A stretch of 64,000 nucleotides of DNA from an uncultured Gemmatimonadaceae bacterium. Lineage in GTDB: Bacteria > Gemmatimonadota > Gemmatimonadetes > Gemmatimonadales > Gemmatimonadaceae. Below are positions 40,346 to 52,232 of the stretch, in pieces. Positions within the stretch are counted from its first letter, which is position 1, and each line of letters opens with the position of its first letter. The position numbers were made by a program, and so were the translations under genes. The stretch spans positions 1 to 64,000 of the forward strand of contig CAWGJO010000006.1 of NCBI GenBank assembly GCA_963822945.1, in the 5' to 3' direction. The notes below the pieces were generated by a model, which was not told the origin of the DNA, ran no database searches, and worked only from the letters and a program-made list of their open reading frames with translations.

Positions 40346-42197
40346 ATGCCGGAACAGCCGAAGTCCCTGGCCAGCGAACAGGAAGCGCGCGATGTCGCCG
40401 AAGCGGCGCGTGAGACCGAGTGGTCGGGGCCCAGCTTCGTGCGCGAGTTGTTCCTCGGCCGGTTCCCGCTGAAGCTGATCCATCCCATGCGCGCCGCCCG
40501 ACGCCGCCGAAGAGGCGCGCGCCCGGCCCTTCCTCGACCGGCTGCAGGCGTTCCTGGAGCGCGTCGACTCCGACATGATCGACCGCACGGGCCAGGTGCC
40601 CGAGGAATACGTCCAGGAACTGCGCGAGATGGGCGCCTTCGGGATCAAGATTCCCACCGAATTCGGCGGGCTCGGCCTCCACTATTCGAGCTACGTGAAG
40701 GCGATCGCGATGGTGACGTCCAAGGACGGATCGCTGGCGGCGCTGCTATCGGCGCACCAGTCCATCGGACTGCCGCAGCCGCTGGAGCTGTTCGGCACTG
40801 ACGAGCAGAAGGCGAAATACTTCCCGCGGCTCGCCAAGGGCGCGATCTCCGCGTTCGCGCTCACCGAAGTGGACGTCGGCTCCGACCCGGCCAACCTGGC
40901 GTCGCACGCCGAGCCGAGCGACGACGGCACGCACTGGGTGCTGAACGGCGAGAAGCTCTGGTGCACCAACGGCACGTGCGCCGAGCTGTTCGTGGTCATG
41001 GCGCGGACGCCGGACCGGGTGGTGCACGGCAAACCGCGCCGTCAGATCACGGCATTCATCGTCGAGGCGGCCTGGCCGGGCGTCGAGGTCGAGCACCGCT
41101 GCCGGTTCATGGGGCTCAAGGCGATCGAGAACGGGCTGATCAAGTTCACCAACGTGCGCGTGCCGAAGGAGAACATTCTCTGGGCCGAGGGGCGCGGGCT
41201 CAAGCTGGCGCTGGTGACGCTGAACACCGGGCGCCTCACCCTGCCGGCGAGCACGGTGGGTTCGTGCAAGGCGCAGCTCGAGGTGGCGCGCAAGTGGGCC
41301 ATGGAGCGCGTGCAGTGGGGGCAGCCGGTGGGGAAGCACGAGGCGGTGGCGCAGAAGATCGCGATGATGGCCGCCGATACGTTCGCCATGAATGCCGTGT
41401 CGCAATTGACGGTGGAGGTGGCCGAGCGCGGCGGGTACGACATCCGGCTGGAAGCCGCGGTGGCCAAGATGTACAACACCGAGGGCGCGTGGCGTATCGT
41501 GGACGACACGCTGCAGATTCGCGGCGGCCGCGGCTACGAGACCGCCGATTCGCTGCGCGGGCGCGGGGAGCGTCCGGTGCCGGTGGAGCGGATGATGCGA
41601 GACTCGCGCATCAATCTGATCTTCGAAGGCTCATCGGAGATCATGCGGCTGTTCATCGCTCGCGAGGCGGTGGACCATCATTTCAAGCTGGCGTTCCCGA
41701 TCGTGGACCCCAAGTCGAGCTTCGAAACGCGCGTGCGGGCGGCCGTGCGCGCGGCGCCGTTCTACATCGGGTGGTATCCGATGCTGTGGGTGCCGCGCTT
41801 CGGCGGCTTCGGCGAGTTCGGCCGGTTGACGGGGCACATGCGGTTCGCGGAGCGCCGGGCGCGCAAGTTGGCGCGTGTGCTCTTTCACGCCATGGTGCGC
41901 TACGGTCCCAAGCTCGAGCGCAAGCAGGCGGTGCTGTTCCGCGGCGTGGACATCGGGGCGGAGTTGTTCGCGATCGCGGCGGCGTGCGTCCGGGCCGACG
42001 ATGAGGCCCGCCGGGGCAACGCGGCGGCGCTCGAACTGGCGGACGTATTCTGCCGCCAGGCCCGCCGGCGGGTGGACCAGCTGTTCCGCGACTTCTATGG
42101 TCCGAACGACCAGGCGATCTACGCCCTGAGCCAGAAGGTGCTCAGTGGGGAGTATGAATGGATGGAGCGGGGAGTGATGAGCGCATGGGGAGAGTGA
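40346..42197 (+). CDS. Acyl-CoA dehydrogenase (VLCAD/FadE10-like; frameshift ~40490)
   Basis: AFALTE, LNGEKLWCTNG, QIRGGRGY, RINLIFEGSSEI. Confidence 0.92.
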
Positions 42198-42210
42198 GGG
42201 GCACAACACC

Positions 42211-42509
42211 GAGAACCAGTGCCACTTAAAGACTGCGCAGGGCCGATACTACGCAGGGCCGATACCACGCAGGGCCGAGACGGCGCAGGGCCGAAACGGC
42301 GGGGAAAGGGTGGGGCCTTCGGCCTACAACAGCGAATGTAGAGCAACGGCGAGAGAATGCGATGACGCTTCTCTCGCCGTTTTCAATTTCATCCGCCGTT
42401 TGCTTGCTTCAGCTTCCCCGCCGTATCGGCCCTGCGCTGTTCATGCCCTGCGTAGTCTCGGCTCTGCGTAGTCTCGGCCCTGCGTGGTTTCGGCCCTGCG
42501 CTGGTTCTC
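42211..42509. repeat. Palindromic composite element with inverted 16-mer arrays, copy 1
   Basis: 4x GCAGGGCCGAnACnnC (42237-42300), ~120-bp core, 5 inverted units (42420-42499); outer GAGAACCAG/CTGGTTCTC. Confidence 0.9.
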
Positions 42510-42723
42510 AGTTCGCTCCTTCCAGGAATGCTGTATACCCCTCATCCGCAATCGCTTCCTCGATCTGGTCGATCGTTGCGACTGCCGGATCGTGGTGAAT
42601 CGTCGCCGACCCGATCTGCACGTCATCCACCGTAACCCCGGGCGTCTTCGCCAGCCGGCTGCTCACGGCGTGCACGCAGTGATTGCAGGTCATGCCTTCG
42701 ATCTTGAATTTCACCTGTTCCAT
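42508..42723 (-). CDS. copZ: Heavy-metal-associated (CopZ-like) chaperone
   Basis: IEGMTCNHCV; AIADEGY. Confidence 0.88.
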   Translation of the reverse strand: MEQVKFKIEGMTCNHCVHAVSSRLAKTPGVTVDDVQIGSATIHHDPAVATIDQIEEAIADEGYTAFLEGAN

Positions 42724-42796
42724 ATAGTGCTCCGGTAATGGCCTCGAAGAGAAGATAATCCCGGCGCCGGGCGGTGGACCAGCGTATGGTTCGCGC

Positions 42797-42848
42797 GACT
42801 GTCCGACTGTCCGACTGTCCGACTGTCCGACTGTCCGACTGTCCGACT
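42797..42848 (-). repeat. GTCGGACA octamer array (6.5 units)
   Basis: Perfect (GACTGTCC)6 GACT, starting 2 nt beyond the DMT stop codon. Confidence 0.95.
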
Positions 42849-42850
42849 CC

Positions 42851-43751
42851 TTACTCCACCGTCCCCCTCCGCAACTGCAGCAGTACCACCGCGGTGGCAA
42901 TCAGGACCCCGCCGCCGAGTGTTGCGGTCGTGAGCCGCTGGCCCAGCACCGAGGCGCCGAGCAGGGCCGTCCAGAAGGGCTCGACGGTGGAAATGATCGC
43001 CGTGCGCACCGGCCCCAGCACGCGCAGTCCGCGCAGGAAAGCGATGAAGGCGATGGCGGTGGACCAGAGGGCCAACGCGCCGATGGCCATCCACGCGTGG
43101 GGCGACAGCACGACGGTGGCGTGGTTGGTGAACAGGTCGATGAGCACGAGCAACACGCCGGCCCCGAGTGCCGAATACACGGCGGCGATCGACTCCGACA
43201 ACTGCACCTGGTAGTAGCCGATGAGCGGGATGTACATGGCGTAGGCGAACGCCGACACGAGCGCCAGCGCCACGCCCATGGGGTGAAGGATGCCGACGCT
43301 CGGCGTCCCGACCATGATCGCGATGCCGGTGAGCGAGAGCACGAGCGCGAGCATACGCGTGGGCGTCATGCGCTCGGTGCCGCGCACGGCAGCGATCACC
43401 GCCACCCAGGCCGGATACGTATAGAAGAGGAAGCTGAGCGGTGCCGCGGGGATGTAGTCGAGCGCCGACAGGCTCACGAAGGCGATGAATGCCTGCGCGC
43501 CGCCGGCGAACAGGAGCACGGGCAGCAGCCGGCGCAGGGGCGCCCGCAGCGACTTCACGCTGCCGGCCAGGAGCGCCAGCATGACGGTGCCCAGCAGATA
43601 GCGCCACGACAGCGCGTTGAGCAGCGAGGCGCCCGACCGCTCGGCGAGCGACGTGAGAATCGGGATCGCGCCGAAGCCCGTGGCGCTGATCACGATCAGT
43701 CCGGTGGCGCGCCAGCCTGGCGCCCCGCGTCGTCGCGGCGGCTTCGGTCAT
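42851..43751 (-). CDS. DMT/EamA family transporter (frameshift ~43710)
   Basis: About 10 TM helices; LFYTYPAWV, STVEPFW. Confidence 0.88.
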
Positions 43752-43797
43752 CACTGTTCGGGGCGGGGGCTTGGGGATCGGCGCGAGTTCACCGCAC

Positions 43798-45218
43798 TCA
43801 GAGGAGCGTGCCAGTGAGAAACAGCTTTGGCGACGGTGAAGTAGATGATCAGGCCCGTGACGTCCACGAGCGTCGCCACGAAGGGGGCCGAGGCACTCGC
43901 CGGATCGAATCCCAGGCTCTTTCATGACGAACGGCAGCATCGAGCCGGCCAGCGATCCGAAGGTCACGATGCCGATGAGCGACACGCCCACGGTGAACGC
44001 CACCAGGTCGTGATGCAGGTCGTAGTTGGTGAGCCCGATGTGCTGCCAGACCAGAATACGGGTGATACCCAGCACGCAGAGAATGGAACCCAGCATCAGA
44101 CCGGTGGGGATCTCCCGAAGCGCGATGCGCCACCAATCTCGTAACCTGATCTCACCCAGGGCCAACGCGCGGATGATCAATGATGTGGCCTGTGACCCGG
44201 AGTTGCCGCCCGAACTCATGACCAGCGGGATGAACGCCGTGAGCACGAGTGCCTTGGCCAGTTCGTCCTAGTAATGGTTCATCGCACTGGCGGTCAGCAT
44301 TTCGCTCAGGAACAGCGCGCTCAACCACCCGCCGCGCTTCCGCACCATGCGCCAGAAGCCGATCTGCATGTACGGCTCTTCCAGTGCTTCCATACCGCCG
44401 AACTTCTGGACGTCTTCCGTCTGCTCTTCCTCGATCGCGTCGATCACGTCGTCCACCGTGACCACGCCGAGAATGCGATTGTTCTCGTCCACCACCGGGA
44501 CGGCCACGAGGTCGTAGTTCGAGATGGCGCGCGATACCTCTTCGCGGTCGCTCTGCGCCGGCACCGTCACCACCTCGGTCCACGCGAAGTCACCCACCTT
44601 CCCGCCCTCTGGCGCGGCGAGCAGCTCGCGCAGCGACAGCACGCCGCTCAGCCGGCCGGCATCGTCGGTGACGTAGATCTGGTACATCGCCTCGCGGCGC
44701 CCGCTGCGCGCGATGCTTCGCACGCTCGCCAGCGCGGCCTCGATGGTCATCGACGCGGGCACCGAGACGAACTCGGTGGTCATCAGACCGCCGGCCGTGT
44801 CGGGCTCGTACGCCAGCAGCCGTTCGGTCTCGCGCCGGGCCTCGGCGGGGATCGCGGCGAGGATCTCCTCGGCGCGCTCCTCCTCGATCTCCTCCAGGGT
44901 GTCGGCGCGATCGTCCGGGGTCATCTCCGAGACGAGGGCGGCGGCCTGGCGCGCGGACATCGCTTCGAGCACCTCGGCGCGGAGTTCCTCGTCGAGGTAT
45001 TCGAGCACGTCGGCGGCGCGCTGCGGCGGCAGCGCGGCAAGAAGGGCGGGAACCTTCTCCCGCGGCAGCAGCTCGGCGACGTCGGCCAGATCGGCGGCGT
45101 GCAACTCCTCGGTCTCGGCCGCGACGGCGGTGGGCGAGTCGTCGAGGAGCGCGAGGATGTCGGGCGCGAGCAGTGCCGCGACCGGCCGGTCTTCCGGAGT
45201 GTGCTGAGGTGGCGTCAT
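43798..45218 (-). CDS. mgtE: Magnesium transporter MgtE (in-frame TAG at 44268-44270, frameshift ~43920)
   Basis: [13 protein letters not shown] pair, [20 protein letters not shown]. Confidence 0.92.
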
Positions 45219-45317
45219 TTCCCGGCCTCCCTGGAACGCGCAGGGCGTCTTTTCGGCGACGAACGTGGGCAGGGACCGTTCGCCCCCCGCTCAGGTCCCT
45301 CCGTAACAGCGCGCGTC

Positions 45318-45346
45318 AAGTTAGGCCCGCCCGCACAGGGGGACAA
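45318..45346 (-). promoter_or_regulatory. Putative mgtE promoter
   Basis: Minus strand TTGTCC, 17 bp, TAACTT; same -10 hexamer and spacing as the tRNA-Gln promoter. Confidence 0.5.
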
Positions 45347-45499
45347 GGCACGAGGTCATATGCGTTCGGAGCACCCGTGCATATCCGCGCGGCGGTCCGC
45401 GCATGCCAACCCTTCGCCGGGATGTGCTGTCCAACGACGTGCAACCGCGAATCGGCCCCTCACCCCGACCTTCCCCCAGTCCCGCACCTCGTTTCGTTC

Positions 45500-48063
45500 A
45501 TGAATCGTCTTGCACTCGTTACGGCCCTGTTGGTCCCGGTCCTCCTGCCGGCCCAGCGGCCGGTGCTCGCGCAATGCGTCCTCCGACCGGCCATTGGTCG
45601 CCGACGCGTCGGCGCCCACGGCGTTTCCGGCCCCGGTGGCCACGCCCCCCGTGCTCGACGGGCGCGACGACGATCCCGCGTGGAAGAACGCCCGCCTCAT
45701 CACCGCGTTCCGGGAGTTCGACCCGACCCCCAACGGCGACCCCCGTTTCCGGACCACCGCCCGCATCGCCTACGACGCGCACGATCTGTACTTCTTCGTG
45801 CGGGCCTACGATCCGCACCCCGACAGCATCGTCGCCCTGCTCAGTCGCCGGGACGTGAAGACGGCCTCCGACCAGATCAAGGTGATGATCGATTCGTACC
45901 ACGATCTCCGCACCGGCTACGAATTCGCGGTCAATCCGGCCGGCGTGAAGCGCGACTACTACACGTACAACGACGGCGACGAGGACGAGTCCTGGGACGG
46001 CGTCTGGGACGTCGCCACCCGCATCGACTCGCTGGGCTGGACCGCGGAGTTCCGGATCCCGCTGAGCCAGCTCCGGTATCCGTCGGAGCACGAGAACACC
46101 TTCGGCATCATGATCGACCGGGACGTGGCGCGGTTCAGCGAGCGGTACAGCTGGCCGCTGTACAGCCGTTCGCGCACGGGGATCGCCTCGCAATTCGCGG
46201 CGGTTCCGGGGTTCACCGGCCTGGCCTCGCCCCATCGCCTCGAAGTGTCGCCCTATACCGTGACGAAGACGGAGAACGCGCTCGGTCGGGAACGGCTACG
46301 CGCAACGCACCTCGGCCACCGCCGGTGCCGACATCAAGTACGGCTTGACGTCGAACCTCACCGTGGACGCGACCGTGAATCCCGACTTCGGGCAGGTGGA
46401 AGCCGACCCGTCGGTGCTGAACCTCAGCGCCTTCGAGACCTTCTTTCCCGAGAAGCGCCCCTTCTTCCTGGAAGGCCAGGGACTGTTCCGCTTCGACGTC
46501 AACTGCAACAACGGCGTGTGCTCCGGCCTGTTCTACTCGCGCCGCATCGGCCGCTCGCCGCAGCTCGGAGGCGTGTACACCGGTGACGGGAATCCGGAAC
46601 AGACCACGATCCTCGGAGCCGGCAAGCTCACCGGGCGGCTGGCCAGCGGCGCCTCGATCGGCGTGCTCGATGCGGTGACCAGCCGGGAGCAGGGGCCGGG
46701 CCATGCGACCATCGAGCCCCGGACCAACTACTTCGTGGGCCGGCTGCAGCAGGACTTCCGCGACGGCGCCAGCGGGATCGGCGTCATGGTGACCAGCGTG
46801 CGCCGCACCCTGGACCAGTACAGCGCGCCCTACCTGCGCAACGACGCGATGGCGGGCGGCATCGACTTCCGCAACCAGTTCCTGAACCGCCGCTACAGCG
46901 TCTCCGGCTACGTCGCGGCCAGCCGGGTGGCCGGGTCGGCGCAGGCCATCGCCGCCACCCAGCAGAGCTTCGTGCACGACTACCAGCGGCCCGACGACAA
47001 CCTGGCGTACGACAGTACCCGCACGTCGCTGGGCGGCACGTCGGCGCAGCTCAACTTCAACAAGCTCGGCGGTGGGTTCACCCGATTCTCCGTCGGGTAC
47101 CAGTGGCTGTCCCCCGGATTCGAGATCAACGACGTCGGATTTCTGAGCCACGCGAACGCGCAGAACCAGTATCTCTGGTACCAGTTCGCGTTCAACAACC
47201 CGACGCGCGTGTACCGCAACCTCCGCATCAACATCAACGAATGGACCAACTTCTCGGCCCAGGGGATGCGCGAGGACGCGGGCGGCAACATCAACTGGAA
47301 CAGCACGCTGCAGAACAACTGGTCCATCGGGATGGGGGCGAATGTGGACGCCGCGGTCCCGTCGCTGTGCGCCACCTGCTCGCGCGGCGGCCCGGCGCTG
47401 GCTCAGTCACGCAGCTATTCGGGGTGGGCCAACGTCAGCGGCGACAGCCGGCGCTCCATCGTCCCGGCGCTGAGCGCCGGTTGGGACCGCAGTGACGAGG
47501 GACGCTCCTCGTACGCCGAAGTCGGCCCGAGCGTCAGTCTCCGGGTGTCGAGCCGGTTCAGCGCCGACATCGGAGCGGACTGGAGCCACAACGTCAGCGC
47601 CGCGCAATGGTACGGCAACTACGGTGCGATGGGCAGCGACACCACGCACTACACCTTTGCGCGGCTCGACCAGCACACGCTGTCGATGACCACGCGCCTC
47701 AACTTCACCGCCACGCCGAACCTCTCGCTGCAGGTGTACGCCCAGCCGTTCGTCACCAGCGGCAGTTACTCCGACTGGGTGGAGTTGAACGACCCTCGTG
47801 CGGCCCAATTCGCCGACCGATACAAGCCGTACAGCAACCCTGCCGGCCTCTCGGGCTTCAACTACAAACAACTGCGGTCCAACACCGTGGTGCGGTGGGA
47901 GTACCGTCCGGGCTCGGTGCTGTACTTCGTCTGGTCGCAGCAGCGGCAGCAGGACGGACTCGATCCGGGGACCTTCCAGTTCGGCCGCGACTACCGGAAC
48001 CTGTTCCGGGCACATCCCGGAAATACGTTCCTGATCAAGGGGTCGTACTGGTTGAACTTCTGA
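45500..48063 (+). CDS. DUF5916 family outer-membrane protein with CBM9-like domain (frameshifts ~45570 and ~46295)
   Basis: Signal peptide; GYEFAVNPAG, WTAEFRIP, NPDFGQVEAD, FPEKRPFFLEG, FYSRRIG; terminal Phe. Confidence 0.85.
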
Positions 48064-48066
48064 ACA

Positions 48067-48148
48067 TCGGTAGGTCGGTGAGTGGGTAGGTCGGTAGGTC
48101 GGGCAACTACGAACGCGGTGCTACCGACCTACCGACCTACCCACCTAC
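48067..48148. repeat. Inverted TCGGTAGG octamer arrays between convergent genes
   Basis: About 4x TCGGTAGG, spacer ...CGAACGCGGTG, about 3.5x CTACCGAC. Confidence 0.88.
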
Positions 48149-48152
48149 TGGT

Positions 48153-48377
48153 TCAAACCAGCCGCCTCCGCTCCTCCACCACCTCCGCCACGTCGTAGCC
48201 GGCCACCGCGACCGCCGCCCTCAGCGCCTCCGCCGTCGCCCGCCCGTCGTGCTCGATCACCGCCGCGCCGATGGTCACCTCGGCGTGCGCAATGCCCTGT
48301 ACCGCGGTGAGCGCGGTGAACACCGCCGTGACGCAGTAGTTGCTGCGCATCCCCGGAATCGACAGGCGGGTGTACAT
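48153..48377 (-). CDS. HMA-like domain protein
   Basis: LSIPGMRSNYCV...AVAVAGY. Confidence 0.75.
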   Translation of the reverse strand: MYTRLSIPGMRSNYCVTAVFTALTAVQGIAHAEVTIGAAVIEHDGRATAEALRAAVAVAGYDVAEVVEERRRLV

Positions 48378-48458
48378 GCCCCCCAAGTTAGCATTGGCTC
48401 TGTCCGTTGACGCGTCCCGTCGCGTCCGCGAACTTCCGGACGCCCTCACCCAACGCCA

Positions 48459-49349
48459 ATGACCTCTGTCGCATTTCTCGGACTCGGCGCTATCGGCCGG
48501 CCCATGGCCCAGCGCGTGGCCGCCGCCGGCTTCGATCTCACGGTCTGGAACCGCACCGCCGAGCGGTCGCGCGAATTCGCCGCCGCCACCAAGGCGCGCG
48601 CCGCCGCCACGCCCGCCGACGCCGTACGCGGCGCGCAGGTCGTCGTCGCCTGCCTCTCCACCTCGCAGAACGTCGCGTCCCTGCTCGACGGGCCCGACGG
48701 CATCCTCGCCGGCATTCAGAAGGGCGCGCTGTTCGTGGACTGCACGTCGGGCGACCCCAGCACGTCGGCGCGCATCGCCGAACGCCTGGCCGAGCACGAC
48801 GTGGCCTTCATCGACGCACCGGTGAGCGGAGGCACGAGCGGCGCCGAGAAGGGCATTCTCACCGTGATGGTGGGTGGCGACGCCAAGGCGCTGGAGCGCG
48901 CGCGGCCGGTGCTCGAGTCGTTCGGCAAGAAGATCGTGCACTGCGGCGCCGTGGGCGCCGGCGACGCCGTGAAGGCCATGAACAACGCCATGCTGGCCAT
49001 TCACGTGTGGTCCACCGGCGAGTGCATGGCCGCGCTCGCGCGGGCCGGCGTGAGTCCGCGGGTGGCGCTCGATGTGGTCAACGCATCGAGCGGCCGGTCG
49101 AACACTTCGGAGAACCTGTTCCCCGAACGCGTGCTCACCCGCGCCTTCCCGCGCACCTTCCGGCTGGCCCTGCTCGACAAGGACATCGGCATCGCGGCGC
49201 AGGTGGCGCGCGAGCAGAAGATCCCGTCACCCATTCTCCAGCTCGCCGCCGAACTGTTCCGCATGGCGCACGCAGAACTCGGCGAGGAAGCCGATCACGT
49301 GGAAGCGGTGCAGATGATCGAACGACTCGGCGGCACCGAGATCAAGTAA
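48459..49349 (+). CDS. Beta-hydroxyacid dehydrogenase (3-hydroxyisobutyrate dehydrogenase family)
   Basis: FLGLGAIG, DAPVSGG, KAMNN, LLDKD. Confidence 0.92.
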   Translation: MTSVAFLGLGAIGRPMAQRVAAAGFDLTVWNRTAERSREFAAATKARAAATPADAVRGAQVVVACLSTSQNVASLLDGPDGILAGIQKGALFVDCTSGDPSTSARIAERLAEHDVAFIDAPVSGGTSGAEKGILTVMVGGDAKALERARPVLESFGKKIVHCGAVGAGDAVKAMNNAMLAIHVWSTGECMAALARAGVSPRVALDVVNASSGRSNTSENLFPERVLTRAFPRTFRLALLDKDIGIAAQVAREQKIPSPILQLAAELFRMAHAELGEEADHVEAVQMIERLGGTEIK

Positions 49350-49362
49350 CCCGACAATCCTG

Positions 49363-50609
49363 ATGCCCAAGACGACCGAACAGCCGACCGCGGCGAGCGT
49401 GGACACCATCCGCTCGCACTTTCCCGCCCTGCGCCGCACCCACAATGGCCACCCGGTGGCGTACTTCGACGGGCCGGGCGGCACGCAGGTGCCGCAGGTG
49501 GTGGTGGACGCGATGGCCGACTATCTGCTCCACCACAACGCCAACACGCACTGGGCCTACCCGACGAGCGAGGAGACCGACGCCATGCTGGCGTCGGCGC
49601 GCGCGACGCTGGCCGACTTCCTGAACGGGAACGCCGACGAGATCGCGTTCGGCCAGAACATGACCTCGCTCACCTTCCATCTGGCGCGCGGACTGGGCCG
49701 CGCGTGGGGGCCGGGCGACGAGATCGTGATCACCGAACTCGACCATCACGCCAACGTGGCGCCCTGGCAGGCGCTGGCCGTGGACCGCGGGGTCACCATC
49801 CGCACGGCGCGGATGCGCCCGGAGGACGGCACGCTCGACTGGGACGACCTCGAGCGCCAGGTCAACAAGAAGACCAGGCTCGTAGCCATCGGCGCGGCGT
49901 CCAACGCGCTGGGGACGATCAGCGACGTGCGGGCCGCGTCGGAGCTGGCCCACGCGCAACGGCGCGCTGTCGTTCGTGGACGCCGTGCACTACGCCCCGC
50001 ACCAGCTGGTGGACGTGCAGGCCATCGGCTGCGATTTCCTGGCCTGCTCGGCGTACAAGTTCTACGGACCGCACATCGGCATTCTCTGGGGGCGCCGCGC
50101 GCTCATCGAGGCGACGGACGTGCCGCGCCTGGCGCCGGCGCCGCAGGAGTCGCCCGAGCGGCTGGAAACGGGGACGCAGAATCACGAGGCCATCGTGGGC
50201 GCGGCGGCGGCGGTGGACTTCCTGGCCGGCCTCGCACCCCGCGGAACGCCCGGCGGCCGGCGCGGCGCGCTCGCGGCGGCGTACGGCGAACTGCACCGTC
50301 GGGGGATGGCGCTGCTGGAACAGCTCTGGACGGGGCTCGAGGCGACACCGGGCGTGACGCTGTTCGGACCGCGCCCCGGGCAGCCGCGCACGCCGACGCT
50401 GTCGTTCATCAAGCAGGGAGAGGAGACGACGGCGATTGCGCGTCGACTGGCCACCGCGGGGCTGTTCGTGTCGAACGGCGATTACTACGCGACCACGGTG
50501 ATGGAGCGATTGGGACAGATAGCCGGACGGAACGGTCAGAATCGGGATGAGCTGTTATTCGAGCGCGGAGGAAGTGGAGCGGATGAACACCGCGATAGGG
50601 CGGAACTGA
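49363..50609 (+). CDS. Cysteine desulfurase-like class V PLP enzyme (frameshifts ~49958 and ~50520)
   Basis: YFDGPGGTQVP, DHHAN, DAVHYAPH, CSAYKFYGPH, ETGT. Confidence 0.9.
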
Positions 50610-50613
50610 GTAA

Positions 50614-50997
50614 CTACGCAGGGCCGGTACTACGCAGGGCCGATACGACGCAGGGCCGAAACCACGCAGGGCCGATACGACGCAACGGCGATACTACGCC
50701 AGGGCGATACGACGCAGTACCGATACAGCGCAGGGCCGAAACTACGCAGGGCCGGTGCCACGCAGGGCCGAAGCCACGGGGAAGGGGTAGGGGCCTGCGG
50801 CCCTGACAACTGCGAGTTGGATTCGCCCCGTCCCAGGGCGCCGCCGCCGGTCGGGTGCGACGTTCCATCCCACGCCGTTTCACCACCCACCCGCCGTTTT
50901 CACCCTTCCGAATCCCCGCCGTACCGGCCCTGCGTTGTTTCGGTCCTGCGCTGGATGTGCCCTGCGTCGTATCGGCCCTGCGCCGTATCTCGGTCCC
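50614..50997. repeat. Palindromic composite element with inverted 16-mer arrays, copy 2
   Basis: 10x GCAGGGCCGAnACnAC-type units (50618-50777), ~140-bp core, 4-5 inverted units (50918-50997). Confidence 0.9.
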
Positions 50998-51013
50998 GCT
51001 GTATCTTGGTTGA

Positions 51014-52232
51014 ATGCTTCGCCGCCTCCTCCTCCCAGCCCTGCTCCTCGCCGGCTGTACCGTCCACTCTCCCGCCGTCACTCCGCCGCGGGCCGAGTTC
51101 CTGCTCGTTTCCGGCGACTCCACGTACTGGGTCACCAGCGGCGACGACGGACTCTCCGTGCGTGGTTCGCCGATTGTGCTGGCGGAGTACGGCGGCCGGT
51201 TCCACGAGCTGTACGTGGCCGACGATGACCACTCGTACTACAACGCACTGCTCGTGGGCCAGCTCGTGTTCTCCCGCGACCTCATCACGGGCGATTCCAC
51301 CGCCGTGTTCACCGATACGCTGGTGGATCGCGTCACCCGGGACTACGAACGGTCGCACCCGGACGACGTGCCGCTCGGCCCCGACGATCCGGTGGCCGAC
51401 CGCCCGCGCTTGGTGGCCACGTCGGACGTCTCGCTGCTGGCGGTGCACGGGCCCTTCCTGTCTCTCGAGTACCACGCCGACACGCGCACCCGGCCGAACC
51501 CCGGATACCACGCCACCTGGCGCACCGTGGTCGACATGCGGGTGGGCCATCCCGTGGGCGTCGCCGATCTCGTCGGCATCCGAGCAGGCGCCGCGGATGA
51601 TCGCCGAGGGGCGGCGGTCGTATCAGACCGTGATCGATGCCGCGCGCAACGGGGAGCACGCATTGGGCGACGTCGTGTCGCTCGTGCTGTCGGAGGTGAG
51701 CTTCGACGATCGGAGCTTTCGGTTGACCGACGTCCACGGGCATCCGGCGATCGTCTTCGCCGGACGCATCGCCGGCCGGCGCGACGGGCAGGGCGCGCTC
51801 CCGCTGCTCCCCATTCCCATCGATTCCGAATCGTGGTGGGGCACCGTCCGTCCGACCCTTCCCACCAGCCGCGACAGCAGCCAGGCACGGTGGGCCCGGC
51901 CGGGCTACAGTGTGGTTGCGCGCATCGATACGGCCGACAGCGTGGCCGACGTGACGCTGGTCGATTCCCTGTCGCATCGCAGCTTCAGTGTGGCGCAGGT
52001 CCACACGCCGCTCCGGCGCGTGTACTGGCTCGACGAGCCGCCCATCGATTCGACCACGCGGCGGGCGCTGAAACGCGCGTTCAACGACGCGGCCCTGTAC
52101 GACGACAACGTCCGCGTGGCCGCGCACCGTCCGCCGCCCGGTCCGACGCTGCTGCACCCGGCCGTCCTCACCCGGTCCAACCCTCGACCAGCCGCTCGGC
52201 GCGATGAACGCCGGCGCCCCGTACAGCCATGA
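51014..52232 (+). CDS. Hypothetical lipoprotein (frameshift ~51585)
   Basis: MLRRLLLPALLLAGC lipobox; coding-like sequence continues in ORF 50817..52232; ATGA overlap with the next gene. Confidence 0.7.

Noticed and set aside
44268..44270. In-frame TAG in mgtE as recoding or pyrrolysine
   Set aside because: Single instance in an error-rich assembly; TAG terminates many other genes here and no recoding machinery is seen. Substitution error or nonsense mutation is more likely.
42237..50997. 16-mer and 8-mer arrays as CRISPR
   Set aside because: Units are directly tandem with no unique spacers, arms are inverted, and there are no cas genes.
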